A DNA stretch of 64,000 bases from Lepidodermella squamata (GCA_047495785.1 JBLDXI010000042.1:744001-808000), one strand, 5' to 3'; positions 10,768 to 24,900 are shown, counted from the first letter of the stretch. The notes: generated from the letters alone by a model not told the origin. A program made the numbers and translations.

Positions 10768-12382
10768 ATGAAGGATTTTCAAATTTTAATGGTCGATGCA
10801 AATGGTTTCCTACCCAGTGGCGTGACTGGTTTTCAATGGCTGTTCGTTACGCTGAAAATTCTTGGCCTGATGCCCAACTGGTCTTACATAGATTGGGAAT
10901 TTAAGCCCAGCTCCCGGGGTTACAAATGCTACGTCATTTCTCTCGTTATAATTTCATGGCTGAATGGGCTAAGAATGTTCACAGTCTTCTTCACTCGAAC
11001 TCTGGCAAACACGCCTCTTTCGACCATCATCTACTACATCGTCGGGGCTATTTTCCATATGAACGCAGCTGCTGTGAGGACTACGATGGTTGTTTGTTGC
11101 TGGAGGGGCAAATTCCAACCGATTCTAGACCTGAAAGAAACAACTCAAAAGGTTAGGGAAATCGAGAGAAATCGCAAAGCTCTGTACCTTTTCATCGCGG
11201 CATGTCAATCTCTTCTGACAAATGAAGTCCTCATTTCGTCGAGTTTACTCTTGAAGAGAGACGACTACGGCTTTATGGCTTCACCTATGGACATGATAAG
11301 TAGTGATCCTGCGACCTGGGGCTGTTTTGTAGTCCCGGTTTGGATGACTTTGAGCTCCATTAGCGATGGCGGTCTCATCTTTTCGATCGGATTCTTTACA
11401 TTACTAGGCTTCACCTTAGCCGAGAATTTCCATCATCTTTCGAGGTCAGTTATACGGTACAGCAAGCGAGCTAGTTCGGTTATTTCGCCTAAAACTACTG
11501 ATGAACGAAATTTGAATGAGCGGGAATTTTTCGAACAGCTCCGCAATCAGCATTTGGTTTTAAAGCGAATGGTTCGGCATTTTGATCGACATATCAGAAT
11601 AGCCATTTTCGGTACTACAGCTCATGGTTTCGCAGCTCTAGTTATCTCGCTGTATCAAGGCGTTTGGGGTGGCGGGGTTGGGAGTGGCGCTACGTTTTTG
11701 GATGTTGTTGTATCAACTTTTTGGATCTTAGCTGCTGCAGCGAGTGTCTTGATTTTTCTGCTACCCTCAGCTTTCATCGCTCACTGGGCTGAAAATGTCA
11801 AGGAGAAACTGTTCAAGTTGAGATTGAGGTCACAAGATTCCGCTACAAATTTACAGGTACGTAAAATTCCCAATTTATAATCAAAATACTATCGAAATAC
11901 CGAACTTACCGAATTCCGGTTTTACCAGGTAATTACGTTATTTTCTTTTTCTCTTCCACATTCGAATGACTAGAGTGATAGGCAGAAGTTCAGATACAAA
12001 AATAGGCGTATCACTTCGGAATTTCGAATTTGGGTATTACCCGGTATTTTTTGGTATTTTCGATATTTTCATACTTCGAAACCATATTTGATGTAAATTC
12101 CTTCTATTCAAGCTAACAATGCTCCTCAGCCAAGTTTCTGAGCCGTGTTCTCTCCACGTGCTTGGTATGATTCCTCTTAGGAGGGAAACCCTGGCAGCGG
12201 TAATTTTCATAAAAATAGCATTATTTAATTTGATGATTTATGTTTTCCAGCTATTCGCCGCATTGCTCACATATTTTTTGATCCTCATCGACTATACAAC
12301 AGGCGACAAAACACGAATCGCCCCATCAGCTATGGATCGGCTAATTAACAATACAAGCAACCATTCGACATTTTCACATTAA
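10768..12382 (+). CDS. Gustatory receptor-like (7TM ion-channel chemoreceptor) gene 1; exons 10768-11856, 12113-12199, 12251-12382
   Basis: Multiple TM segments, N-terminal LKILGLMP, C-terminal TYFLILIDY (GR TM7 motif TYhhhhhQF-like), two phase-0 introns near the C-terminus. Confidence 0.8.
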
Positions 12383-12472
12383 ATATTTAACGCCTGATTA
12401 ATCATGTTTTCGCACTCTGAACGTGCCCAAGGGATTTCGGGAAATTTATTAATCGAAAACCAGGGTTAAAAA

Positions 12473-13904
12473 ATGAAAATTTCCGAAATAATGAAGACTT
12501 TTCCTGAGGAACTTTCTCATAGCTACAACGATGATTTTCGATGTTTCAAGCCGTTATATTACCCGATGAAAATTCTTGGCCTTCTGCCAAACTGGCCAGT
12601 CAGAGACTGCGATACCCAGAGCTGCAAAGCCTACAAGTTTTACGCAATTTTCCTCGCAATTTTGAACTCGGTATACGCCGTCCTCCCTTTCACTGTTTTC
12701 ATATGGAGCAATGGCTCAAATACCCCGGTTTTCCGACTGCTATACCTGATGAACATGAGCTTTTACTATATGACAACATCCTCTGTTCGCTGGAACGTAT
12801 TTCGTGGTAGTTGGAAGGGTCTTTTCCTACCTGCGTTCGATATTAGAGACTGCGAACGATCACTTTGCCGCGACGAGATTTACGACATGAGCCGAACTCG
12901 GAAAATGCGTGGTTTATGGTTCCTCCTAACTGCAATCTCTGTATCGGTTACATGGGTAATTAACGTAGTTCTTGTCTCGGTTACTATGCTCGAGTACAGA
13001 ACTTCATTCGGAACCCTGGTCTCCCCACTTCATGCGCTGATAGAAGACAATTTGGCGTGGGAAATCATTTCTGTAGTATTTTTTGTAATTCGGGGAATTA
13101 TCTGCGATTCCGCCATGATGTTTGGCATCGCCTTCTTCGAAATAACAATCCTAACTATGGGTAGAAAACTGAGATTAATGGCGACCGAAGTCTCAAAATA
13201 TGCGAAGTTAACTAGCGAGAATAATGAAAGTGGGATATCTTGCTATGAAGAAAAGGAATTTTTCGAAAAAGTTCGCTATCAGCACTTAAAAATTTTGAAA
13301 ACCATTCGCCGGTTGGATCGAGATCTTCGCCCCGCGATTTTCGCTTGCGTCAGTTTCGGATTTGTCGGGCTTCTCATATATCTGTACCAGGCGATTATAA
13401 GTGAAACGAAAGACAGTACTGTCAAGAGCTTGGAGAGCTCTTGGATCTTCTACAGTATTGGAACTTTGATGGTTTTCATCGTTCCATCAGCTTATTTGAA
13501 CCACTGTGGCGAGGAGGTTCGTGAAAAGCTTTACAACTTGAAAGTTCGATCAAATGATACTCCAGCCCATATACAGGTTGGGATTTTTACCATTCGAAGT
13601 AGTCGCAGCCGTGAATAGCTAATTTATTTTGCTTCTAGCTTAATATGCTTTTGAGTCAAGTGACGACCGAATCCAGCTGTCTAACCTATATGGGCGTGAT
13701 ACCTCTCAAACAAGAAACCATTGCTGCGGTATGTATTAAAGCTCGTATGCCTACGTACTGTTACCGTTTGCTTATATCCAGCTATGTGGCGGCTTTTTGA
13801 CTTATTTCCTCATTCTTTTCGATTACACTTCGGGCGAAAAGAGTCAACTGGCTACATCGATGGTCCTCGCACGAAATGCTACGAACTCTACGTTTTCTTC
13901 ATGA
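12473..13904 (+). CDS. Gustatory receptor-like gene 2; exons 12473-13576, 13639-13728, 13782-13904
   Basis: Paralog of gene 1 (KILGLLPNW, TYFLILFDY) with the same phase-0 intron positions. Confidence 0.8.
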
Positions 13905-14417
13905 AAAATATTGTGTATCATATTCATTATCGTGAAGAAAAAACAGGTGCAATCTATCATTATCATATATAAATATGTTTGAAATTGCACTCTTTCATAC
14001 ATTATATATTTTCAATAAATTCGAGCTGGAATCTTTACGGGAATACCAGGTGACTAGTTTTCGGTTTTTATAAAGCGAAAACATGGGTCCTATGACTTTT
14101 TTCGGCTGAAGATGGTCATTGAACTTCAACAGAAATTAGTAAAAAGTAAAAACCTAAGCTCGAACCAACCCGAGCCAGAACCTTAACCCCTAAAGCCTAA
14201 CCCCGATTTCAGTTATTCCAGATTATTCCAGTTAGGTTGAAATGAGACCAATGGAGTTACTATATCACGTACCAGTCACGTCATTGAAAATCTACCGCAA
14301 ATTTCGATTTTTTCACGTAATTTAGCGCGAAATAAACCTACGCATATACCCAAGAGAAATCGACAAAAATAACGCCGAAAAACACCATTGTTGATTCATA
14401 GGTTTTATTTATCAACC

Positions 14418-15743
14418 ATGTCAAAGCAGGCAATTTCCGAAGAATTTTACGGGTTTCGACCATTTTACGTACACCTAAAACTTTTCGGCCTGTTACCAAA
14501 CTGGTGCTACTGCCATGGCGGTTTCAAGCAGAGCGGCAAAATGTACAAAGCTTACGTCATCACGCTGGTCATATTCGGCTGGTTAAACGCTTTTCGAATG
14601 CTGACGATTTTCATATGGCACAACAGCTCGAATACCACCACTTTCCGCATTATTTACTACATCGGCAGCGTTTTGTACCACTTCGCAGCTGCAGCGATTC
14701 GGACTAATATGGTCATCGGAAACTGGAAGGGAAAATTCATGCCAATTTTACGATTTTCCCCGGCTGTCTCCAACTACCCCGTTATCACCTATACCGAACA
14801 AGACATTGCAATATTCAAAAAACGAAGATCTGCTTTCTACATGTCTATGATAGCGACTTGTTGGTTCGGCTACATTTGCAACGCAGTTTTAGTCTCAGTC
14901 GCCTTGATGCTGAACAAAGAAGGCTTTGGAATGATGGCAACGCCCCTTAATGACTTGGTTGAAGACGAATGCCTGTGGAACATGGTTTCAGTACCATTTT
15001 GGCTTGTGACAAGCTTCGTTTGCGATATTGGCATGATGTTTTCACTTGGCTTCTTCATGTGCCTAGCTTTCACGACAGGGCGAGGTTTTCAAGAACTGTC
15101 ACAAGGAATCAATTTCTACGTTACTGGGAAGTCGAACTACGGCGAGATCGATTTTCTCAAGGCGACAAAAGAGCGGCATTTACAACTGCTGAAACGGGTG
15201 AAAGCCTTGGACAGAGATTTGCGCATGTCCGTCTTCGCGGCTACTTCATACGGGTTCGTCGGAATTTTGATGAATATTTACCAGTTGGGCGGGGGCGATG
15301 AGGGGGCGCATTTCTTATGGGGCCTCGAGAGCTCTTGGATCGTCTACTCGATCTTCTGTATGCTGATTTTCCTACTGCCATCGGCCTATCTCGCGCATTG
15401 GGGCGAGGAGGTTCGGGAGAAGTTGTTCAAGGTGAAAGTTGACGGGCAAGACTCGACGACCCACATCCAACTAACGCTGCTCTTCAACCAAGTCTCGTCT
15501 GAGCCGGTTTGTTTTCGAATTCTTGGAATGGTTCCTCTGAAACGGGAGACAATAGCTGGGGTAAGTTGAAATCAGGATTTGTTTAGTTTTTGGCTAATTT
15601 TACCTTATTTTTCCAAGCTTCTTGGAGGTTTGCTCACCTATTACCTGATTCTGATAGACTACACTTCAAATATCAGCAGCAAGCCTGGTTTCGGGAGTAC
15701 TGTAAACGCTCTGACAAATTCGTCGAATACAACCCTCAGCTAA
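14418..15743 (+). CDS. Gustatory receptor-like gene 3; exons 14418-15560, 15618-15743
   Basis: Paralog (KLFGLLPNW, TYYLILIDY); only the last intron is present. Confidence 0.8.
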
Positions 15744-15939
15744 CCAGACAAAATCTTTGCAACAGCAAATATATTTATATTCTGTAATTCGACTAAATCT
15801 AAGAATACATATTTCAAATATTTCTGAATTTATTCATTAATATTTCCATGCGCCTCAAAATGAGCAATTCAGACTAAGTAGAAGCATATCACATGATATT
15901 CATGTAGCAATATAATAGTAATAATAAATAATTTCTAAA

Positions 15940-17493
15940 TCAGTTCAGTGTTCCAGCATTCAGCATAATATCGTAGACGTAGGCGACGTAGGTTCGAATT
16001 TGACTGGAATCAGGGCAAGCCGCCATTCTGCAACGAAAAAAAACAAATGAGAAACAAAACCTTTGGGCTAAGAAAACGGGTAAGAACTCCAAGGAAAATT
16101 GTAGACCATATATGAAAGAAAAATGACTCACGGCTTGGCAGCTCTGATGATTCGTGGCAAAATCAGAAGCTCCAGTGAAGACTTTAATCTAAGAGGTGTT
16201 CAGAGATAAAATTGGAAAATATCGCCAATATTGCTGTTCCAACTCACTTGCAGCGTGCTGTTACTGCAGAAACTCTGGCAAAGCGGGTTAGTACCCAAGT
16301 AACACGAAACCGCATTCTGCGAGTAGAAAACATGAGTGCATTGGTCCAAAATTTCGAAACAACTTACGCCTCGCTCGCACAATGGCTTGGTCGAAAACAC
16401 AAGAGGCCGGTAAAGTTCCGTTTCGGTTCCGTTGTGGCATTGAGTTGTGGTTCGGCGGCACGCTGTGAAAGCGAAGCTCGTCGAGTTGAAGCAACGAACG
16501 TGCGGCAGCTCAGCCTCAGATTCGTTAACTTGAAGAAGAAAATGATAGAAGAAAAATTGAGCAGGGCAATGACTCACAGGCACCAGCTAAGCAGTTTGTA
16601 AGGCCAACATATTTTTTCCACCGCTTTTTCTGAAAAAGATAGGAATTGCATGAGGAATGGTCGATATTTTGTATTCCAAACCCAATCATTAGGGCAGTCG
16701 ATTGAAGCCGGTACGCAGGTTTTAGTGACTACTCCTGGGGCCGTGCATCGTTTGAAGAATCCGATCTGTCAAAGAATATATTTTAAATTTATTTGACCCT
16801 AGGTTGACAAGTGAAACTTACGGGAAAGTAACGAAGAGCCTTTCGGCACCGTCTCAGGTTCTTTGCGATGAAAATTCTGCCGAAAACCTTTTTTACCTGC
16901 GAAAAATTCATAGGGGAAAAGATTTATAATTTATAGAATAATGGAATAATAATGGAATAAAAAAATTATGAATTTTATGAACTACTTCTCAAATTAAAAA
17001 TTGATATCCAGCTCAATTTAAAATCTTTTCGGAAAAAAATAAAATAAATTAAACTTTGAAAAATTTGAAATTTGAAATTTGAAAAAATATCAACAAAATA
17101 AAAAAATAAAAAAAATAACTAACCTCAACTTCGTTTTCCGAGTTGCAATCGATATTGCCGGGCGTACATCTCACCCCAAGCGATAAATAGTTGTAGCACA
17201 TACGAGCGGTCTGATTAGAAATTTTCTAAGACAGTGTTGAAGCAAAACCATACAACTCACGCCTCGAATACAGCTTCCTTCGTCATTGAACGTGTTGCCC
17301 CACTGGAAAATCGGAAAATTAGCAATTAAATTGAGCGAAGATAGCAGCAAACCGAGTGCTCAAGCAGGCTATCACATGCTGGCTCTTTACAACCCATATA
17401 GGTGTTGTTAAAGACCGAAAAACACCGGTGCCAAGCTGCCTGGCTGCCCGGAATAGTAAAAGCACAAATAACCAGAAAAATCAACGTGTTCAT
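15940..17493 (-). CDS. Secreted multi-exon protein made of Cys-rich repeats (no LamG domain)
   Basis: Signal peptide MNTLIFLVICAFTIPGSQA; small exons WHRCFSVFNNTYMGC..., WGNTFNDEGSCIRG, PHVRCFNSTSFAFTAC... homologous to exons at 21904-23260 and 63037-63345. Confidence 0.65.
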
Positions 17494-17729
17494 TATTTCA
17501 ATGAATGAAAAATGAAAAATTCTCGATAAACATTAATGACCTGGGCACGAGCCGGGTATTCGCGTGCGATAATATTACAACTTTTTAATATTTAAAAATT
17601 AAAAACACAAAAATAACACAGCACCCAGCCTTGAGAGTAAATAAAAGAATTTCAAACAACGGCATTTATTGAAAATTCCAAAGCTTGACGAAAAGCCCAG
17701 ACATTGGCATAACGCCCCTTTCTAAAAAA

Positions 17730-19751
17730 ATGTTGGCAAGAATTATAATTCTGACCTTGAGTTTTAATCCAGCCGAGCCACAGAGCTCAGCCTCATCGAT
17801 TGATAATCAAATTCTTGGAAATTGGCCATTATCAGCTGAATGTGGTCTCTTCGATTTCGGGCCTTGGCAAATCGAACCTGAGTGGCAGAATCCTGCTTTG
17901 AAACCGCGTTACGCCACAGGACCTAGTGGTTTAGCAAACTCCGCTATAGCCATCGGCCCTGATGATATGGACTACTTGAAATTCTCGAACCCTGTTTTGA
18001 AGTTCGCAGCAACTTCTTGGACAATCGCGTTGTTTTTCAACTCTGGCGGGGCTATGGGACCTATTGTCGAATTCGTGCAGCCTGGTTTGAGTTTTTCCCG
18101 CCATTTATGGGCAAATTTCGCAATTGATGACGGCATATACATCTGGCAGGAAGGTTTTACCACATTGGCCTGTAACATGCGAAGCTGGCAATTTGTCGCT
18201 ATGACTTATGAATCTCAAACAAATGAATACCGCCTGTTCTGCGATACTTCATTAGGCTCGCCAATAGTTCTAGACACATCGGGCTTACATAAACCTGATA
18301 CTTTTCTACTAGGAAAAAGGTTCAATTTCAGAATTTTTGAGAAAAAGGTGAAAACTTGAATTTTAATTAGGTGGGGTCAATCAGGTAATTCCTTCCAAGC
18401 ATCCTGCCTTCAAATGTATAGCAAAGCCTTGACAAGTGCAGAGCTAATTGACGTGAAGGGCCGATGTCTCAAAAGTACGGTTTCATATTTCGTATTTTCC
18501 TTGAATTTTTCGTTTTTCTTTAAAGGCTCCGTTTCTTGCAGCCAAAATCTCGAAATATCTAGGCTGACTTCGAATGTTACTTTCCCTAACATTGTGCCTA
18601 GCCCGCCTGCAGACGTCCAACTGTTGTACCCAACTGATATCAAGCCCGAAACTTCAAAGCCAGTTATAACTGCTGAAGAGCTAATGATAGCGTGCCCAGC
18701 CTTCACGCCAGACCTCACAGCCCCGCCGAACAACGATCAGACAAATCTGATCACGAACGTATTTGCCGTCGATCGATTTGTTTCCTTCGATATCGAAGAT
18801 CAAACATTGACACTGAGTGGGCTTTTCCTGCTCCAGTGGAGCGTGACGACGTGCAGGAAGAAATATTTCGGGAACAAATTTCCGCTGTTCGATTCGGCAA
18901 ACAAACGCGAGAGGGTGTTCACAACGTCACCCGACCAGGTTTGGACCCCGACTTACCTGTTCACATCCAGCTCGAACGATGTGTTCATGCGAGGCGACAC
19001 ATTCGGCGATGATCTTGTAGTCACCTTACAGACTAATCGCAATATAGCAACTCCGAATGTAACCGTCCAGTTTTTCCTCCTTCGCCGGGGATTTTACGCC
19101 TCGAAATGTCCTCTTAACTTAGCCAAATTCCCTTTCGATAGCTTGGAGTGCGATTTTGAATTCACCCTTCAAAGCTCGAAAGACCAAATTGCATTCTCGA
19201 ATTCAATTATTCTATGCCCGGAGGATCTAACTTCGACCGAGTGGTACTTTGTCTATTGTGATTTTTTTAACTCGACCTCGCCATCAGGTGGGGTGAGGGC
19301 TAGTGTTGTTACCTTTAAAATCGCCTTAACTCGAAAACCTGGCTACTACGTTGTTAACTTGATTTTCCCGAATGTTGCGCAATTTTTGCTGGAACTTGCG
19401 TCATTCTTGTTCCCAGCAGGAAGGCCGGAACGTCCCATGTTTTCTATGACCATTTTGCTATCACTGACGTTCGGACACACTAATGTTATGAGCTTAATTC
19501 CGAAAACAGCTGGGAGTGTTCTTTTAAATGAGTTCATCTTAGCTCTGTCAGCCATCTCGGCGATCATTTCGATCTATCAGCTATGGGCTAATTTAGTCTA
19601 CGAGCCTAAAGCACAGCTTAGTAAGAAATTCGGCAAGAAAATCTTCTCTGGCATCACTCTCATTCAATTTCTTGATCTATTGATGTTTTTGCTATCGCTG
19701 ATGGGGTTTATTGGTTTGGTTGCCTACTTTTTCCTGACGATCAATAAGTGA
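17730..19751 (+). CDS. Cys-loop (pentameric ligand-gated) ion channel subunit with N-terminal LamG/pentraxin-like domain
   Basis: Signal peptide; ConA/LamG-like segment (SWTIALFF, WQFVAMTYE); two short introns (~18319-18370, ~18480-18525); WTP loop A, Cys-loop CPLNLAKFPFDSLEC, RKPGYYVVNLIFP pre-M1, four TM helices. Confidence 0.88.
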
Positions 19752-20059
19752 AAAGAGAAAATTCTCATTTGCAAATGCTATTTTCTATACATTAAATGAT
19801 TAATGTATCATTGGTAACATTAACTAGAAACTACCGTTTACTAATAAAAATATGGAATCAAATATGTTGATAAAATATATTCTCATCGATCAAAGCCGTA
19901 CCCCTGCCTTATGAACGGGACAGCCTTCTTTTGAAGTCCTTTAAAGAAATAGCTAGCGATGACACGATATTATGAAACGTTACGCTGTTGCAGGTCAATA
20001 TCAGGAACACATCAGCTTGAAAATCCTACTTCGCACCCTGAGCGAGATTAACTGCGGGA

Positions 20060-20280
20060 TGCTGCGGGACGGGTGCAGGATCTTACCGGAATTCACAGCG
20101 ATGGGATCGGTTGAGATGAAGCAAGAGGCCGTGTTAGCCCGGCCAAACGGCTCAGTCACCTGTTGAAGAGGAAAGAGAGGTATTCGAGGTCGTAAAATCA
20201 GCTGTGCGATAAGAAAAAAGATCAGAAAAAAGGCCAAGTGGCAATAAGTCCGGGCGATTGAAGCACATCATCCAAATTCA
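20060..20280 (-). pseudogene. Degenerate LamG exon fragment
   Basis: QQVTEPFGRANTASCFISTDPIAVNSGKI matches RQVAGPFGRPNTAFYYNSTDPIAVSAGKI at ~25465; frameshifted and truncated. Confidence 0.65.
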
Positions 20281-20440
20281 GAATCTTCTCGAGCTAAATT
20301 GCTTCGAAGTACAGTGCGTACTCGATAACTGCACCCTATATCCTATATGAGTGCAATTCCCTAGCAAACTGGTGAAAACTGTTCCCCTTTTTATTTAATT
20401 TTGTATCTCAAAATTTATTACAATATAATTAACGGTAAAA

Positions 20441-21237
20441 TAAAATCTGTCGCACCAAAATGTAAAGGTTCGCCCTCATTTTAAATAAGCGCGCCCTCAA
20501 AGTAAACAAAGCCGCCCCGATTGCGCAACTGTCGCCGCTCAATGGCGAACAAGTGCGCGCCTCATAAAACCATAGAATTTATATATTTCTACAAAATCTT
20601 TAGCCAGTTTTTTCTATTTCCCTCGCTCATAATTTCCTGAAAATGCAAAGCGCGGTGCTGAAACTGCGGCTCAGCTAATTGCTGTTTGCTGTTTGCGAGT
20701 AATAATATAAAAAATTGCGGGTATTCTCGGCCTGCTAGATGAGATGCTAGCCCCTTTTTTATCCAAATTGTTCGAATAGGACCTTGAAGATCGGCTGTAG
20801 GTAACGTGGTCTTTGAAGCATTTGATTTGAACGCGTACATATCTAACCTGATATGTCCCCGCTCAGGTATTAGAGGCTTTTACGGTTATAGCCTTACGGC
20901 CCTGATCACTAAATTATCACAAAAAGAGCGCACGATGTAAATCATATCCAAAGTGGTAGGCATTTCGGTTTATATACCGGTTCAGCAGATTTACTGTTGA
21001 TTTAAATAAAGGAATAGAGGTGCGACTAATAGGTATCATCATCAAATCAGTGCGAAATAGGTTTGCGCGTCTTTTTTTTTCAAACAGGGCGAAGTTTTAT
21101 ATTCTTCGCCTTTCGCTGTAATAGGCGAATTAAGGTGGATTAGTGCGGTGATTAAACAATATGAGTAATTTGGGCGAGTTATTTATTCTTGGGCGACACA
21201 AATGGGGCGAACTTTACATTTTAGGGCGACAGATTTA
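20441..21237. mobile_element. Degenerate MITE
   Basis: Imperfect TIR aaatctgtcgc(a/c)c(c/t)aaaatgtaaag(g)ttcgccc at both ends. Confidence 0.55.
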
Positions 21238-21903
21238 CACGCACCCTATAATTATTTACTTTGTAAAGATCGGTTTGAATCGCGTGCGTGATAGTAGATT
21301 TATGCTGCGATTTATAAGCGTCTTTCACTAGAAACTTGAAACTTGAAATGTATCTTGAAGATTGCTCATCTGCTCAAATCTTTACTGAACCTGTCGTGAA
21401 ATGAGAAAGGCCCAGTCAGCCAATGCGATATTTCACAATTTTTCCGTGTCTCAATAAGGTCAACAACTCTTCAAGTTTGACTTTATAGAAATTTTCAATT
21501 GAATTATGTATATGTTATCATTTCCTCCACATTCAAAGTATTCTCAACATTCGCCCAACGGCAATTTTATTTTCGCGTGGCGAATTATCTTGACCGCGTT
21601 GTCTAAAAGTAAATAAACCAGCAGCTCTATATTCGCCCTTGATAACGGCTTACCTGGATAACTACACGGCATCGAGGGAGCATTGTATCAAGAATCTTTA
21701 TTAGCTTGAATTTGCATCGACAGTTCAGCGGCCTCATAGCAGGGTCAGGGCCAATGGGTTCCATCTGTGTTTCTCACACATGTGGTGTTGTTTTGAACAG
21801 ATATAAATTAGCCACGAGCGAAGAGCGAAACCAAACGCGTGCTCAAAAAATATTTAATCTGTTATTTCGCTTCATTTGAAGTATTTTTTTCAATAAAATT
21901 GCA

Positions 21904-24900
21904 ATGAGAAGCATTATTTTACTACTAGTCGTGATTTCGCTTACGTTCAACGGCCAAGCCTCAGGCCAGGTGTTCAAGCGATGCTTTCAGGTTACCAACA
22001 ACGCATTCACGTCTTGCCGAGATAACAACCCTACCTGTGATCTTATCACCGAGTATCAGGTATTTTTATATTGAACATCATTAAATGATGTTTTCAGTTT
22101 TCATTTTTTCGAATAATTTCAAAAATTATTAACACTTTTTGGACTGTAATGAACTAAAATTGCTTTAAAATTTGTCATTATTATGCCTGTAGCGTGTAAG
22201 GTTTTTCCGATTTTTCCACTTGTAATTTTTCATTCACTTTTAATCAAATACAATTTTCATTTTTTCCAATCAAATTTCTGGAAATTCAAGAATATTTATC
22301 TTAAATGTTTCGTTTGCTTAGTGGGGTCCTCTGTTCCCAGATTTGACATCCTGCCGATCAGGGGTAAGAGATGTAAAATGTTGGCCTCGCTGGTGCTAAT
22401 TTCATCTCGGTAATAGAATGCTAAAATGTGCTACAAATACGGCGCTCTAACAACAAGGTGTAATCCCGGCCTTGGCAACTGCAAATTAACCGGCGAACCA
22501 GCTGCTGACAGAGAAATCGAGGTGAATTTACAGTTCCATGATCAATATTATTCTCATTTCCTTCAATTCCAGCTCAATTGGTACAAAAATAACACGTTAA
22601 AAGACAGCTTGACGGCTTGCAATAACGCGAGATCGATATTCGCTGTAAAGTCACAGTTCAACATTTTTTAATGCTCTGTATTCATTTATGTTTAGAACCA
22701 ACCTTTCAGAAGATGCACGGACAACGGAGTCGTGAAAACATGTGTTCCAGCCAATTTCACCTGTCCTGAGAACTGGGTTAGGGACGAATAAACTTAATAG
22801 ACCACGAAGCTAGTTTTTATGATAGAGTTGGATTTTTTATTATATTATTTCCAGCTCGCATCAAGCGGCACTCCTTATGGCAATCTTAGCCTCTGCGTCT
22901 CTGGAACTTCACGTATTTTTCATACTTTGAATTATTAAATGAACATGTATTTTGCCTAATGGAAACAGTTCGAGTTCCAGACAGCGAGAAACCGCATGTT
23001 AGGTGCTTCAGCTCATCGAACGGAAGCTTCATCGATTGCCGCCTCGAAACGACTGGTTGCCAGGCTGGGGTTGAAATTCGGGAATTTTCATCGGCCACGT
23101 TTAGCAACAGAGAAGGCTGTTTAAAAGGGGTAAAATATAGTTTGAATGAAACTTCGACTACTTGTATGATTTTTACCCAATCAGAGAGCTGTCCGATGTG
23201 ACACAAGCAGGGGCAAGCAGTGCTATGGGGCTTTCCCAAGTGGTACGCGGGTAAGTTAGGCGTCGCACTATATTATATGAATTCGCAACGAGATATTATC
23301 ATGACAGGTTAAAGTCTATGGAAACTCGTCGTCATTCAAAGATAATCACGACGCCTGCAAAATGGAGGCCACGGAAAATACGGTATTTGTTTGACATTGC
23401 CAACTGTTCAATATTGTTAACTATATTAAAAGTCACATTGTCTTTTCTGTAAATATTCTCTTATTTTTTCAATAAGGGGGGAGGGGCGATGGTAGAATTT
23501 GAATGTATCTGATTTTTACTATGATTCATGAATAATTTTAGATAGTAGCGTGATCACAGATGACAAAACCTAAATTATTACCGCAATTGTCTGTATAAAG
23601 GCGGCGGCGATTAATTTGTTAAAAAAATGCGGCGATTTTTCAGGGCCTTATTTGTCCCAAGTTTTGAGTTTATAAGGCAACAAGGTATTTCACCCTGTTT
23701 TCTCCGATTTGGATGTATAATTAATGATTTAGGCGAGACGGCCTTTTGATCTGATTGATTTTGATTTACCCTGAGGCAATCTAAAAACTGGAAATCTCGG
23801 ATGCCACTGAACTAAGATCTTTCCGCCATATTTAATAAAAATTCGCATTTGTCGCGCGGTAGCGTCAGAGGGACGGAGGGACGGTAGTGTCAAATTCGCT
23901 CAATTTTTTAATTTTAAATCGTGTTGTCATTCATAGTGTTTTATCGGTGTCAATGATTTGATTTTTTTATTTAGTTCCGTAAAAGGGGGGTTTTCATTGA
24001 GGGAGTTCCGAGATGTAATCCGTAAATCAACAACCTTAAAGATTCTACTTCATGCACTGCTTAAGACGTGCGGCGATTAAAAGCGGGCGACCTTTGTTAA
24101 CGCTCGAAACTACAAGGCTGAAATTACTAAACTGACCTTTAATACATTTTTCCTAGCTCAAGCTTTGCACATATGACCTCCTCATGGCGGCGAAATGCGT
24201 TCCAGTAGCTGATTCCTGCCCTCAAAACTGGGTAAGCCCGAAATTGAAGAATAATGCTTTATATCAGCTATATTGCATGGTCAGGCATCAACATCGATGT
24301 TCACAAGCGCTGAGCTGTGTGATAGACGTGAGTTAATATCACTTTCCTAACTTGCTTGAAAACGGATTGATTTTCTTCGCAGAGACTCCTTTCGGGCTAC
24401 CGCTTGAGACAGTTTACCTGCCTCTCAGCCAAGAATTCGGTACGAGTGACATAAGTGGAAATGGTATCAACGGCAGTTACTCTGGCTCATCTTCGTCATT
24501 CGACAGCGGTCCGTACAGCAGCTCAGCGATTTTAATCAACTCAACCGCTGGATCCGTGCTTTTGGACAGCAGCTTGCTCAATGTCGACAATTCATCGTTC
24601 ACAATTGCTCAATACGTATTCTGTCCTTTGGGTTCAAGCGGCAAACAAAGAATTTTCGAGTTCTACGACGAAAAGGATCGCACCAGCATTGATATCGATA
24701 GAGCTAATGACCTTCTGCGAGTAAGCCCAGGTACGTTTTACATTGACTAACATGTTTTATCGCTCTTCTCTGCCGATATTTTTCATACATTCTGACCTTC
24801 TGGTATTTATTACTGCAAAAATTGAAAAAGTATTAAAAGTAATTGAATTCATGGGAAAAAGTAAAATATTCAACTGTGGGGGTGGGTGATTCCATCTTTC

